A stretch of 64,000 bases of DNA from NCBI RefSeq assembly GCF_030028105.1, contig NC_092381.1, positions 46,663,474 to 46,727,473 of the forward strand. Direction: 5' to 3'. The translations under genes and the position numbers were made by a program. The notes beneath the pieces are model-generated. The model was not told the DNA's origin. It was given only the letters and a program-made list of their open reading frames with translations, and searched no databases. Source of the stretch: Mobula birostris (lineage: Eukaryota). Below, one piece after another: positions 35,712 to 49,009 of this stretch (positions within the stretch are counted from its first letter, which is position 1; every line of letters starts with the position of its first letter).

Positions 35712-36322
35712 CCAGGGGTAATTGCTAAGTTCATAGCCTAAGGTAGAAGGAGTCATTTTTAGAAAACCTAGCACATTTATTTTTCAACATAGTCCCCTCC
35801 TACATGTACACATGTCCAGCGATAGTGGAGCATACTGTTTCCTTCTTTCTCGAAGTGTTCCACAGCAGAGGTGATTGATAACTTCGTGGCCTAAGGTAGA
35901 AGGAGATCAGTTATTAACTTCAAACTTTCTCCATTGTCACTCAAAGAGTTGAACTGCACGTGCATGTAAGGCGAGCCTCTTGGACCTCCAGGTGGTCCAC
36001 AGCCGGGGTGGTTGATAAGTTCGTAGCTTAGGGTAGAAAGTTATACAGCTCTCGTTACATGCACATGCACTTCAACTCTGAGTGAAAATGAAGAAAGTTT
36101 GAGGTTTCTCCTCATCTCTTTCCACCTTAGGCCACGAACTCATCAATCACCCCTGCTGTGGACCACTTTCTGGAGATCCAAGACGTCGACTTCTACAATG
36201 AAGGGATCCTTATGCTCTGCCACGGCTGGACGGTGTGTGTAAATATAGGAAAAATAAATGTGCTAGGTTTTCTAAAATTGAACCCTTCTACCTTAGGCCA
36301 CGAACTTATGAATCACCCCTCG
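35712..36322. mobile_element. Mariner-type MITE with internal TIR copies
   Basis: TA|CCAGGGGTAATTGCTAAGTTCATAGCCTAAGGTAGAAGG ... CCTTCTACCTTAGGCCACGAACTTATGAATCACCCCTCG|TA, about 70-bp inverted ends. Confidence 0.85.
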
Positions 36323-36539
36323 TATATTAGAAATCGAGAAGCTTCTGCCATGAAAAGAGTGGATGTTGGGCCAGTGTGAACTTTGAAAGGTAAGGATATC
36401 AAATTTGAAGCTCATATGGTTAATGGAGAATAACCTCACGGCAATTATTTAATTATTAATATCCAAGACAATTTAATCATCATGGTTTGGTGTTGGACAC
36501 GATATTGAGCGAAGCCAATACGATCAATACTTTAGAAAG

Positions 36540-36878
36540 CAAGGTCGAAAATTAATACCGTACACTCCTTGCAACCTGACGTTCCCGACGTGCTTGGAAT
36601 GAAAAAAAAACGCGCCGTCGTCGAAGGGCGGGGAGACGTTTCTGCTGCCCGTCTGACGTTCTTATCTGCCTCAGCAGAGCAGCGAGATTCCTGGATCGTG
36701 TTGGAATACTCTAACTGAAGGCAGCAACCACTCACCGTAACCATCTGTTTGAGCAGTTTGCTCTACTGAACTGACCTGGTGGTTTACTGTCCGTGCCTGT
36801 CAAACCTTGAATAGGCATTACTTTTGTCTTCTTTTGACTTGTATCCGGGTTTCCCAGTTAATTTAGAAAGCAGAACAG
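36540..36878 (+). promoter_or_regulatory. RAB3B: Putative RAB3B promoter and non-coding exon 1
   Basis: Clearest non-repeat CpG-rich patch between TXNDC12 and the RAB3 exon. GC box GGGCGGGG near 36626, TGACGT motifs, donor CAG|GTCAGT at 36878/36879. The RAB3 ATG sits directly after an acceptor, so an upstream exon is required. Confidence 0.55.
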
Positions 36879-38269
36879 GTCAGTGCATTATGCGAGCGTC
36901 TCAGTTATTGTTGTACCTGTGGAAAAGGCGTGTTTTATTTTCCGATTTCGACGAATTCCACCAGTATAGTTTGTATTTCGAATTTCCCGTCCAGCTGATC
37001 TTGATTTTGTTTTCTCTTCTTGGATTGTGAAGAATTTCGTTTTAAACAGTCGTCCTCTTCTGCTAAGTGATATTTCTGCGCGATATCTGGAGAATCACTT
37101 TCAGAGAGGGTTTGCTTTGTGCATGAAAATCGCAGCAAATTTGCGATAAGTTTCTTCCACATGCTAAGGCGCATCATCGTGTTGTGCACTCGAATCGCCA
37201 ATCACACCACAAAACATTTTATTTTGTTTTGAAATACTGACCGGTACTTTCACAAGGCGGTATTTTAAATTGGTGCAAATGGTCAAGTAAGCCGAGGTCT
37301 CATAATACCTTTGCGGAATGACACCTGTTCTTTGAGTAAATCCTGGGGTAGCGTAATCTGATGAAATGGGTTAGGTAGTTTATCTACTCGCTACCCGTTA
37401 TTATTTTGCAGGTAGAAATAAAATAACTGACCTACATTTGCCATCAGGTGAAATTAATTGTTCCACCCAATCCCCAAAGGTACTTAACATCAATCAGTCT
37501 TATGCCTTTGTCTTAGAGTGTCTTTTCGTGGATTTAAAGGTAGCGACTGCGAAGATGACTTGGGCATTTATTCAAATGTGCGGCTGGTCCTTTGATATCG
37601 TGAACAAATCTTCAGGGATTTAAAACAGTGGCAAGCTGGGACAATAGATGATGATTTTTTATTATCTTTGTTTTATTTTCAAGGGGATATTACAAAATAG
37701 TGATAATTTTCCAATGCCAAACTTCCAATTCGTGCTATTTCATGGAGAATTTCAGCACTAATGGTAAAATTATCAGCAGCGACTTTTTTTCTTTCAGCCG
37801 TCCTCCTGCCAGCAGTCAATACCTGTTGGGTTTGGGCGGCTGGTAGATTCGTTTGGAAAATGTTTAAATTTTGATAATCTAATTTATCTAGCGGCACAGA
37901 AGTAATAAAAATTTAAAAAAACCGTGAATCCTGAGAGAATAGAAAAGCAATATTGAAGCAGGAAAAGAAAAACATTTCCCAACTGTCAAGCTTCAGACCT
38001 CTTCGTTATGATATTGCCTTTTCCTTCATCTTTGCTTGTGCTGTTTCAGAGAAATGTTGGTGTTTTTTCACTGTTTGTTTTCTCCTGATAGGTTATCCAG
38101 CATGGTTGTGGCAGAAATAGGTAGTATTCCAAATTAAATCATGTGGATAGATATGAGTAATAAGGAAGGATAAAGCACCAAGAAGAATAAGGGAATTATG
38201 ATTAAAATAATTTTTTGTATGATGGGCCAAAGCTTGTATGAATCAGAATTTTCCACATGGAGACATGCA

Positions 38270-39050
38270 AATATACAGAACCTATCAGGAGTCTAGACAG
38301 GTCATTTGACCCCTCAAACCTGCCCTGTCATTCATTAAGATCATGGCTCATCTGACTGTAATCTTAATCTTCCTCCAGATTACTCCCAATAAATGTGTCC
38401 CTTCACTTACTTGCTAATTATCAAGATCTCAGCCTTAAAATGATCCAAATATTCAGCTTCCATTTTTCTCTAAGGAAGAGTTCTAAAACTCACTCCTCTC
38501 TGCCAAACCCAGAGAAAAACAATGTTTTGCCTTTTCACTGACTTAATATGGATGACTCATTATTTTCATACAATGATCACTGATTCTAGAATCTCTCACG
38601 AGAACAAACATCTTTTTCACATGCATGCTATTAAGACCTCTTAGGATCTTGTACTTTTCAGTCTCGTCCTTGTCACTCATCCAGTCTTCAGTGGCTCGAC
38701 TAAAAAGACAACCATGCCCATTCCAGGTTTGTAAATTTATGTGGAACTGTTTCCAACATATTTGCATACTCTTAACTAAGTGACCAATGCTATTCACAAT
38801 ACTTGGGGTGTAGCCTCACCATTGCCCTACATCATGAAAACATAAACCTATTTTCTTTTCTGTTCCTTTCTTAATGCAATGAATGAGAACATTGTACTAG
38901 CCTTTTGCAAATCATGCAGTATTTCATTCCCATTCATTTGCATCCCAGGAGCACCAGCCACATAACATGCTTCTTGCCCATATTTTTTCGGCCTAAGTAG
39001 ACACTTTCATATTTTCCCCACTATACTCCATTTCTCACATGTTTCCCCAT
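38270..39050 (-). mobile_element. Old CR1 3' fragment
   Basis: Degenerate similarity to 9035-9830. Confidence 0.6.
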
Positions 39051-39479
39051 CTCCATCTCTTTATAACTTTGGAACCCCAGTGACTAGATTAAATTATAGG
39101 AGACTGGCATTAGTGAATAAGTTGCTAGTGTTTTAAATTTTGACTCTTGTATTTTGACAGCAAATTAAGAAACCCGTTCTCTGTATTTGAATGTGTTTCT
39201 AATGACTACACTGGGATATTGGATTTAGTAAGATATATGCCAAAAGCAGTTTCCTTGAATCTGAGTTAAATTCATTCCTGTATAAAAAAAATGTGTAATG
39301 GCTTGCTGTGTAGGTATTTCTGATTTTCATTTAAAGTGGAATTAAGTATTTTGAGATTTTAATACTACTATGCAGTACTATAAAACATTTACAATGAAAA
39401 ACTTACAATTTCTCTTTACAATGAAATATACTGAAAAACACCATGGAGTCCTGTGCAAGTTGATTTTATTCACTTAATC

Positions 39480-39559
39480 CAGGGAATTCCAACCTGGAGT
39501 CCAAGGACCCCTCAGTTAATGGTAGGGGGCCATGGCATTAAAAAAGTTGGGGACCCCTG
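39480..39559. mobile_element. 80-bp hAT (Charlie-type) MITE
   Basis: Ends CAGGGAATTCCAACC / AGTTGGGGACCCCTG; 8-bp TSD ACTTAATC / ACCTAATC. Confidence 0.75.
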
Positions 39560-39859
39560 ACCTAATCTGAAGAATAACTTTGAAGAAATAGTTGGTTGCT
39601 GTTTTAGATTGAGTTAAGAACTGGTTGATTGCAACTCCATTTGGAAATGGAGAACATTCTTTAATCCAACTTGAAAGTTGTTTCCAGTTGAACTGCACTA
39701 GATATAAATGATTTCTAAGGATTATTATAGGCAAAGTATTGTAACAAGAAGTGAACTCATGATATATCTTTGAGCAGGGTAGAATTTTAGAATTCTTTGA
39801 TTGTTCAATTAGGATTCCTGATGTCCAACAACAATGATGCCAAGCTGGTCAGCATTAAA

Positions 39860-40520
39860 GAACCTGGCATCACAGGTAGATAGGGTCATAAAGACAACAT
39901 ATTTTCTTTCAGAATAAAGGCACTGTGTACATGAATTAAGATATGCTGAAGTTGCACAAGATATTGGTAAGGCTGAATTTCAAACATTCTGTGCAGTTCT
40001 GGTCACTTACCTACTAGAAAGATAGCAATAAGCTTGAGAGTTCAGAGAGTGTTTACTTGGTTGGTGCTGGGGTTTGAAGACCTGAATTGCAGAGAAAGTT
40101 TGAATAGATTAGGGCTTTTTTTTCCTGGAATGCATGGAAATGAGGGGAGACCTTATAGAGGTATACCAAATTATGTGGGGTATAGATCTGGTGAATGCAT
40201 GTAGGCTTTGTCCCCTCAGCTTGGATGAGATGACAACTGGAGGTCATGGGTTTAGGGTGAAAGGTAATATATTTAAGGGGAACCTGAGGAGAAACTTCTT
40301 CACTCAGAGGTGGTGCAAGTGTGGAAAGAGCTGCCAACAGAACTGCTGGCTGCAGGATCAATTGTGCCATTTAAGGGAGGTATGGGTAGGTACATGGATG
40401 GGAAGGTTTTGAAGGGATATGGTCCAGATGCAGGTAGGTGGGACTAGGAAGATGATCAGGTCAGCATGAACTAGATGGGTCAAACAGCCTGCTTCTCTGC
40501 TGTTATACTTCATTACTCTA
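39860..40520 (+). mobile_element. CR1 3' fragment
   Basis: MRGDLIEVY...FFTQR. Confidence 0.8.
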
Positions 40521-40762
40521 ATTCTCTGATAACAAACTCGGAAATAAACTAAAATTAAAAAAGACAGTTGTAACAAACTATATCGTGCTTTGTTTTTTAA
40601 AAATTTGTTTATGGGCTTTGTGCATTGAGAATTTGCCTGAGCTATGTACCCTGCTGCACCAATTCAGAAGATAATTAAGAGTTGCCTACATTGGAATGAA
40701 CCATAGTCACATTATAAACTATAGCAGCTAAGGATGACAGATTTCCTTCCCTAAAAGACAGT

Positions 40763-41757
40763 AGCCTCCGGGTCCAACATATTATTCACCGTAACTTCTG
40801 CCACCTCCAACGGGATCCCACCACTAAGCACATCTTTCCCTCCCCACCCCCTCTGCTTTCCGCAGGGATCGCTTCCTACGCAACTCCCTTGTCCATTTGT
40901 CCCCCCAATCCCTCCCCACTGATCTCCCTCCTGGCACTTATCCTTGTAAGCGGAACAAGTGCTACACTTCCTCCCTTACCACCATTCAGGGCCCCAAACA
41001 GTCCTTCCAGGTGAGGCAACACTTCACCTGTGAGTCGACTGGGGTGATATACTGCGTCCGGTGCTCCCGATGTGGCCTTTTATATATTGGCGAGACCCAA
41101 CGCAGACTGGGAGACCGCTTTGCTGAACACCTACGCTCTGCCTGCCAGAGAAAGCAGGATCTCCCAGTGGCCACACATTTTAATTCCACATCCCATTCCC
41201 ATTCTGACATGTCTATCCACGGCCTCCTCTACTGTAAAGATGAAGCCACACTCAGGTTGGAGGAACAAAACCTTATATTCCGTCTGGGTAGCCTCCAACC
41301 TGATGGCATGAACATCGACTTCTCTAACTTCCGCTAATGCCCCACCTCCCCCTCGTACCCCATCTGTTATTTATTTTTATACACACATTCTTCCTCTCAC
41401 TCTCCTTTTTCTCCCTCTGTCCCTCTGACTATACCCCTTGCCCATCCTCTGGTCCCCCCCCCCCCTTGTCTTTCTCCCCGGACCTCCTGTCCCATGATCC
41501 TCTCATATCCCCTTTGCCAATCACCTGTCCAGCTCTTAGCTCCATCCCTCCCCCTCCTGTCTTCTCCTATCATTTTGGATCTCCCCCTCCAACTTTCAAA
41601 TCCCTTACTCACTCTTCCTTCAGTTAGTCCTGATGAAGGGTCTCGGCCTGAAACGTCGACCGCAGCTCTTCCTAGAGATGCTGCCTGGCCTGCTGCGTTC
41701 ACCAGCAACTTTGATGTGTGTTGCTTGAATTTCCAGCATCTGCAGAACTCCTGTTGT
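40763..41757 (+). mobile_element. Penelope-like retroelement 3' end with intact GIY-YIG endonuclease C-terminus
   Basis: ORF 40897-41337 GVIYCVRCSRCGLLYIGETQRRLGDRFAEH...EEQNLIFRLGSLQPDGMN, followed by the terminal repeat. Confidence 0.92.
41627..41660 (+). ncRNA. Minimal type-I hammerhead ribozyme-like motif in the Penelope terminal repeat
   Basis: gtc CTGATGA agg gtctcgg cct GAAA cg TC gac: core boxes present; stem I gtc/gac; stem II agg/cct; stem III reduced to palindromic ACGT. Confidence 0.6.
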
Positions 41758-42779
41758 TAGCAAACAAGTTTGGCAGGTGTAATTATCTGAATTTGCATTT
41801 TCCAGTTGTTAAAGTTGGATTCAAACTTGTTTCTGATCAGTCATTCAGGTTGGAGACTTGGACACCATTCTGTAAGTTAATATGCTACTGTACCTCATCA
41901 GTTTGCTAAGCATTAATTAATAAGAATTGCTTTACACTGCATGCAACTAAGTGTAGTACTTTATGGGCACTTAGTAGTATTAAAATATCTTTAAATTGTC
42001 TATTTAAACTTTTTTTTACAATGGAAAAAGCTGCAGAACAACATAGACTCTTCAAAAGTATTAAAACAGAAAGCAGCTTTGGAATTTGCATGTCAAGTTG
42101 CACATGCTCAGAAATCTCATGTTGTTGTTGGTTTTGTGGCATGAAGATGACAAATAATGATAATTAAGTGCAAATTTTAGGAAAATGCTTACTTAGAATT
42201 ACAGAGAAAAACAGGCTGTTTTCCAGGCCTGGGTCCAGTGACCCTCTGGACACCAAGATCCCATTTCAGGAACCATGTTAGTTTCTTCTCAGAGTCTCAA
42301 ATTATTAAAATAATCTTTCTTTGTCATTGAGGTTGTTTTCTTTAAAAGAAGTCCTTGTCTTTGAACAGAAAGTTATAGTGCGTTTTAACTGTGTATGTTT
42401 GTAATCGTACAGAAAGACATTTTGTACTTTGAAGATGTCAAAAGCTGGAAGCAAGATAATTGGTCATCTTGCTAAGCTTCTGAAATTAATGAGCATATTA
42501 AAAGATCAAATAAGAACTGAGGAATGAAAATAGATTGAGTTGTGCCCCCTTCACATAATATAGCTGGTTAATATAACCCTAATTAAAAACAGCACCATGA
42601 TGTTAGCTAAACTTGTTATTGCCATGCCCTGACAAAAAGTTAACTAGATCAATCAAATGCGCTTTAGGTCTATTTTACATTATGATGTCAACTTATTCTT
42701 GGAGCATTGGCAGGATTTAGGCTTGTATCCCTTAATCCCCATGAAGGATAACTGAAATCTTTTCACCATTGCATCATAT

Positions 42780-43075
42780 TGGGTGGTACAATAGCATAGA
42801 GGTTAGTGCAGAGCTTTAGAACACTGGCAGTAAGATGGGTGATCGATTCCCTCTGCTATCTGTAAAGAGTTTATATTGTCTCCCTGTGAACACGTGGATT
42901 TCCTCTGGGTGCTCCGGTTTCCTCCCATACTCCAAAGATCTATATGTTATAGTTAGTGAGTTGTGGGCATGCTAGGTTGGTGCTGGAGGCCTGGTGACAT
43001 TTGTGGGCTGCCAGCAGGATTCTTACTGATTTGATTTGACGGAACCAATGCATTTCACTCTGTTTTTTGGATGCA
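42780..43075 (+). mobile_element. HE1/V-SINE-like element
   Basis: tRNA-like head and TCCTCTGGGTGCTCCGGTTTCCTCCCATACTCCAAAG core. Confidence 0.75.
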
Positions 43076-44199
43076 GATGTTTTGGATTTAGAAATAGTTT
43101 TAAAAGACTAATAAGTGAATAAACAATGTGGGAGATGGGAGTATTTGGATTTAATTTTTAGAAGTCATCATGCTGGAGGGCAGTGAAGAAACAGAGGTAT
43201 TTGTAAACTGTTTTGGTGGCTAATAATATTATGTAAGGTATTAGCATGAGTATGCACTGTTTTGGAAATGGACTTTTTGTTATGCACTGTTTTGTGCGTA
43301 GGAGCACAATTTGCTGGTAATGTGAAAATAGAATTTTTCTGGAAACATTTTTGAGTTTTGTGAATTATCTCAGGGTAAACATGGAGAAATGGACTTCCTT
43401 CTCTCTTTCTCTCCCACCCCCACCATCTCCTTCTCAGGGCTAGCCCAATGGGATACTAAGACAATTTTTCGGCATTCATTCTGGCCTTTTGTTATCCTCA
43501 TATTGTTGCTCAGTTTTAATTCTATCTTAGTCTTTGATGTTGGTGGATTAGCTTGTCTTGTTCTTCTTTGTTCATACACAGCTGCAAAGAGGCCGGTACT
43601 TATTGCATCTTTTTTTGTGATTTAAGGATCTGTTTTTGGTGATTACTTATTTCATTTCATCCTTCACTGATTTGTATGCAGTTTAAGGATATGCATCAGT
43701 TCCTTGGAAACTGGATTTTAAATTTCTCAATTCACTAGTTTGAACATAAGCAGTTGAGAACTTATCTTGCACACCGAAGAACAAAAACATACTAACTAGT
43801 ATGACTCAGCCTTTGCAAACCCCATCTAAGAAATCTGTTTTACTGTTTTCTCATTGCTTTAATTGAACATTCAAATCATTCCCCATTCAGTGCTGTCCCA
43901 GAGCTCACTTTCCAAGGTTCTTCTTTCAAAGACTACATAGAAATGAAAGATAGTTTATGAAAATTGAATGCGACTTGGATTTACCTGTAATTTGGGTATG
44001 TAACTCTTCTTTCAATAAAGATGCAGAACACTAGTGAAACACCACTTGCTGCCTCATGATACTCTGTCACACAAAATATTACAATTTCCACAGAGGGGTA
44101 AAAGGTTAATTGAATGACTTTATTAATAATCAACCTGCTAAGGGTTTAAGTCATGTGCTGGTGAACCAACAGAAAATCAATTTTGATCACCTCCTGTAG

Positions 44200-44495
44200 T
44201 GCTGTATTTGGTGGTGCTACTTACAAGGTTCAATTCTGAATTCCCCCCACCTCCCCACCCCAATGCTGTTGGAGGAATGTGTGGGTTTCCTCTGATTTTT
44301 TTGCTTTGCTTCTTCATCTTAAAAATGTGTGGATAGGTAGGTTAATTGGCCACTCTAGATTGTCCCCAGTGTTTAGGTGAGTGATAGTATGTGGATATGG
44401 GGATATAGAATAGTTTACGGTTGGGTGCGTGTTGATAATTGACATGGTCTTGGTGGACTGACATACCTGCTTATGTGCTGTATTCCTCCCTGACT
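44200..44495 (+). mobile_element. Degenerate V-SINE-like element
   Basis: GTGGGTTTCCTCTG...GGTTAATTGGCC...AGATTGTCCCC. Confidence 0.5.
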
Positions 44496-46619
44496 TTAAG
44501 TAGGTGGTATTTTAAAAAAATAAACGTCATTATCAAATTATTTTACAGACACAATTTGCCAGCATTCCAGGGAAAATACAAAAGTTAATGTAATGTTTTT
44601 ATTTTTAACATTTCCAACAGTATTTGAAAGGTACAGTTCTATGCTTGACAATATATTTAATTCAATTCATCATCTATTAAATTTAATGACCATTACTCAA
44701 TATGCTGAAAAAATGTCATGCACTGATGTAAACATTGGAGCATCAACTGAAAATCTCCCTCAGTTTTACCAACTACTGCACCTTGTTCGTTAATTCATTC
44801 TGAATTTCCTAATGTCTCAGGTGAAGTCATTTTCTGTGCACTCAACTCTCAGCTGCCCAATGTTGACTGACATTGAGCTCATGAATTAAGTTGAATCAGA
44901 AAGTTGTAAACAGTTTTATTAGAATCCCCAGTTGCCCACAGTAAGCACACAGCAATCAACAGGCTGCTCCAATTCAACTAAGGTACCTAAGAGGTTAAAT
45001 GAATTTAGTTTTCAGTGTAAACACAAATACAGACTGAAATGTATTAACATCACACCAACAATGAAATTATGTTTAATCAGCGTCATACCACTACTACAAC
45101 CTTTTAAAAATATATGATACCTTGCCACTGTGCATCAGTTCAGTGACATGTGAAATACACTTCTGGCATTTGCTGATTCTTGAAAATAATCTTAGAGGTT
45201 AAGAATTTCGATAAGTGGCCTACCAGCACCATTACATTTTGAAGGTAATCCACAGCTGGGATTGTGAACTTGTTCACCTGCCTTTGTTTACTAGCTTGCA
45301 ACTCCCAGTAATTGCATTATTTACCATGGTTTCTATACAAGTAAAGAGAGATTGTTGTGGGGGAAAAAGGCAGCCAAGACTAGAACAATATCAGTGGTAC
45401 TGTTCATCCTGATGCTAAGTAATTTTGAGATGTAATTGTTATTCTGATCTTGTATACTTTTGTATTGTTTTTTATTTATGCACAAAGTTATTTTAAAAAT
45501 GCAGTGTGGTTATTATTCCACCACTTGCTGATAAAAGGGCTGTACTAGACCTTGCATTGGGAAATGAACATGGCCTGTTGTTTGGAGTTTCAACAGGAGA
45601 GCATTTGGGAAGTTTTCAGATAGATATGGGCTAGAGCAAATGGAAAGTGCTAAACTGGCAAAAGGCTAATTATAATGGTACTAGGGAGAATAGATCAGAA
45701 TTGACTTGTATTGAGTAAATCCACATCTGATGTGTGGGAGTTATTCACAGGGCAGCTGGACAGAATTCTGTATGAGTTTCTGTGAGGAAGAAATAGAAGA
45801 ATGTTTAGTTTTGAGATCCTTGGATGATGGGAGATGTTACAAATTTAGTCAAAAAGAAAGGAAGCATATGTAACTTCTAGAAAGCTGAGTCTGAACAATG
45901 AGGAATATGAAGAATACAGAATGAACTTAAAACAGGGAATCAGTAGGGTTTAAAGAGGTCACAAAATTTCCTTGGTAGATTGCATTCAGGAAAATACCAA
46001 GGCATTTTATATATTAAAAACAAAAGGGTAACTAGAAAGAGTATAGAACTACACAGGCACAGAGGAAAGAATTAAAGCCCGTGACTAGAAAAAGTGGGCA
46101 AGGTTATAAGTGAATATTTTGCAATGATATTCACTAGTGAGAAGTATATGGAGGATAGAGAAATCAGGGATATTTTTGCGCATGTTGATATCAAGGAGGA
46201 GCTGGTGCTGGGTTTCTTGAAGAACTTTAAGGTTCTGATAGGGTCTATCCCAGCATATTGAGAGAGGCAGGAAGAAAATTGCTGGGCCCTTGCTGAAGAT
46301 CTTTGTATCTTCTTTATTTACAGGCACTGTCCCAGAGGATTGGAGAATAGCCAATGTTTTTTATTTGTCTAAAAAGGGAAATTGGGATACTTCGGCAAGT
46401 TCTAGGCTAGTGAACTTGCATCAGTGGTAGGGAAGTACTTGGAAAAGACTTGTTGGGATAGGATTTACTCACATCTCAAATACATGGACCTATTAGTGAT
46501 AATCAGCACAGCTTTGTGCAGGGAGGTCTTGTGTAACAAACTTCATTAAGTATTTTGAGCTGGTAACGAAATGACTGATGAGAGTAGGGAAATGGATGTT
46601 GAATACATGGACTTTACTT

Positions 46620-48449
46620 GGCAAGATGATGCTAGTGAACCATGTTGATGTGTTGCAGGGAGCTTACAAAACTTCAAAATATAATTGTGAACTACCCTCA
46701 CTACAATCAGTAGCCTGTAATTTCCCTTAAAATAACATAATTTTGAACCGTCTGAAGGAACTAGGAATTTCACAACCTTCTGAAGGACTCAGTGGACTTA
46801 ACTCTCAAGCATGCAGGTACAGCACCTTGAAGTGGACAAAGGTACATTGCGATGGCCTGAAGAGAGGTAGGAGGGCAGGACTCCAAGCTAGACTGAAGCG
46901 TAGGAGAATGAAATTTCCTTTACCCAGCATCTTGTTAGCAAATTTACAGTTGCTGTAGAACCTGAGAGCAAGATTGCTGTATCGGAGGGAAATGAGAAAT
47001 TGCTGCTTTCGGTGTTTCACGGGGACATGGTTCAGTCACCACTCGTCAGATACATCAGTGAGATCTGAGGGCTTCTCGATACACAGGATGGACTGGACTG
47101 CTGGTTCGGAGAAGGCAAAAGGTGGGAGACTTTTTTCATGATAAATTGTTTGTGGTGTTTGGATACAGTGGTCTTGTCACACTCTTGTTCCCCTGACCTG
47201 GAACATCTAACGATTAAGTGCTGACCACACTACTTACAAGAGAGTTCTCCTCCATGGTCCTGACTGCAGTTTACATACTGACAAAGGCCGATGTTGATTA
47301 GGTATTCGAGATATTAAATGCTGCCATTAGCAAACAAGAAACAGCCTCCATGATGCCTTTCAAGTCATTGTCGGGGACTTCAGTCAGGCTTGTTTGAAGA
47401 AACCTCTGCACAATTATCATCACCATATAACCTGAAGCACCATGGTTTGCAACACATTCGACCACTGCCTACCATTCCATGTGGAGATTGCATTTTGGGA
47501 AATCTGCTGTCCTTCTCCTAGCTGCATACAGCCAGTGACTAAAGAGCAAAGCTCCAGTGATAAGGACAACAAAAAGCTGGTTATGGGAGGCAGAGGAGCG
47601 GCTATGGGATTGCTTTGAGTCGTTGGACTAGGCCATGTTTGACTCATCAGAGGATCTGAATTAGTGCACCACGGTTGTCATAGACTTTATGATTTGAAAG
47701 GCATCAGGGTAGGACATGGAGAGAGTCAGCAACTTTAAATTCCTCGGTGTTATCATTTCAGAGGATCAGTCCTGGGTCCAGCATGCAAGTGCTATTAGAA
47801 AAAAGCACGACAGTGTCTCTACTTCCTCAGAAGTTTGCAAAGATTTGGCATGACGTGTAAAACTTCAATCAACTTCTACAGATATGTAGTGTAGAGTATA
47901 TCGACTGGTTGCATCATGCCTGATCTCCATGGATACATCTCCACACCATACTTGAACGGAAAATCTTTCAAAAAATAATAGATGTAGCCCAGTCCATCAC
48001 AGGCAACACCCTTCTCGCCGTGCTCTCTTCTCATTACTGCCATCAGGAAGAAGGTCCATGTGTCTCAGGAACCATACCACCAGGTTCAGGAACAGTTATT
48101 ACCCCCTCAACATCAGGCTCTTGAACCAGAGGGGAAAACTTCACTCAACTTCACTTGCCTCATCACTGAACTGTTTCCACAACCTATGGACTCGCTTTCA
48201 AGCACTCTTCATCTCATGTTCTCGATATTTTTTGTTTATTTAGTTGTAATTATTATTATTTCTTTATTCTTTTTGTATTTGCACAGTTTGTTTTCTTCTG
48301 CATACTGGTTGTTTGTCTGTTCTGTTGGGTGCAGTCATTCATGGTTTCTATTGTGTTTTTTGGATTTACTCTGTAAGCCCTCAAGAAAATGACTCCCAGG
48401 TTGCATAAAGTGATATATATGTACTTCAATAATAAATTTACTTTGAACT
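46620..48449 (+). mobile_element. Internally deleted Rex1/Babar element
   Basis: LPSILLAN, endonuclease remnants, TTRFRNSY, AATAAATTTACTTTGAACTTT tail. Confidence 0.75.
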
Positions 48450-49009
48450 TTAGTAAAACATTCAACATGGTCCCATATAGTAGGCAGATCCAGAAGGTTA
48501 ACACACATTGGATCCATGATGTCTTAATAGAATGGATACAAAATTTGCTTAGTCTTAGAAGATGGAGGATAGTGATAGAGGGGTATTATTCTGAAAGGAG
48601 ATCTATGACCAGTGGTATTAGAGCTGGGACCTCTGTTTGTGATGTATGTGAATGATCTGGACGAAAGTGTAGGTGGTCTTATTAGTAACTTTGCAGATTA
48701 CAGAAAGTATGGTGGAGTTGTGGATAATGAGGAAGGTTGTGAAAGGATAGAGCAAGGTATAGAACAGTAGGAAGTACGGGCAGAAAAATGGCAGGTAAAG
48801 TTTAATCTGGACAAATGTGAAGTGTTTCACTTCGGAAGGTCAAGCTAAGAGTAAATGGCAGGACAGTTCGGAGCACTGATGGGGTGGAAGTTCATAGGTC
48901 TCTGAAAGTGGCAACATTAGCAGATAGGATGGTAATGAGGGTGTATTGCCTTAATCAGTTGGGACATGGAGTAGAAGTGTAGAGAAGACATTTTGCAGCT
49001 GTATAAACT

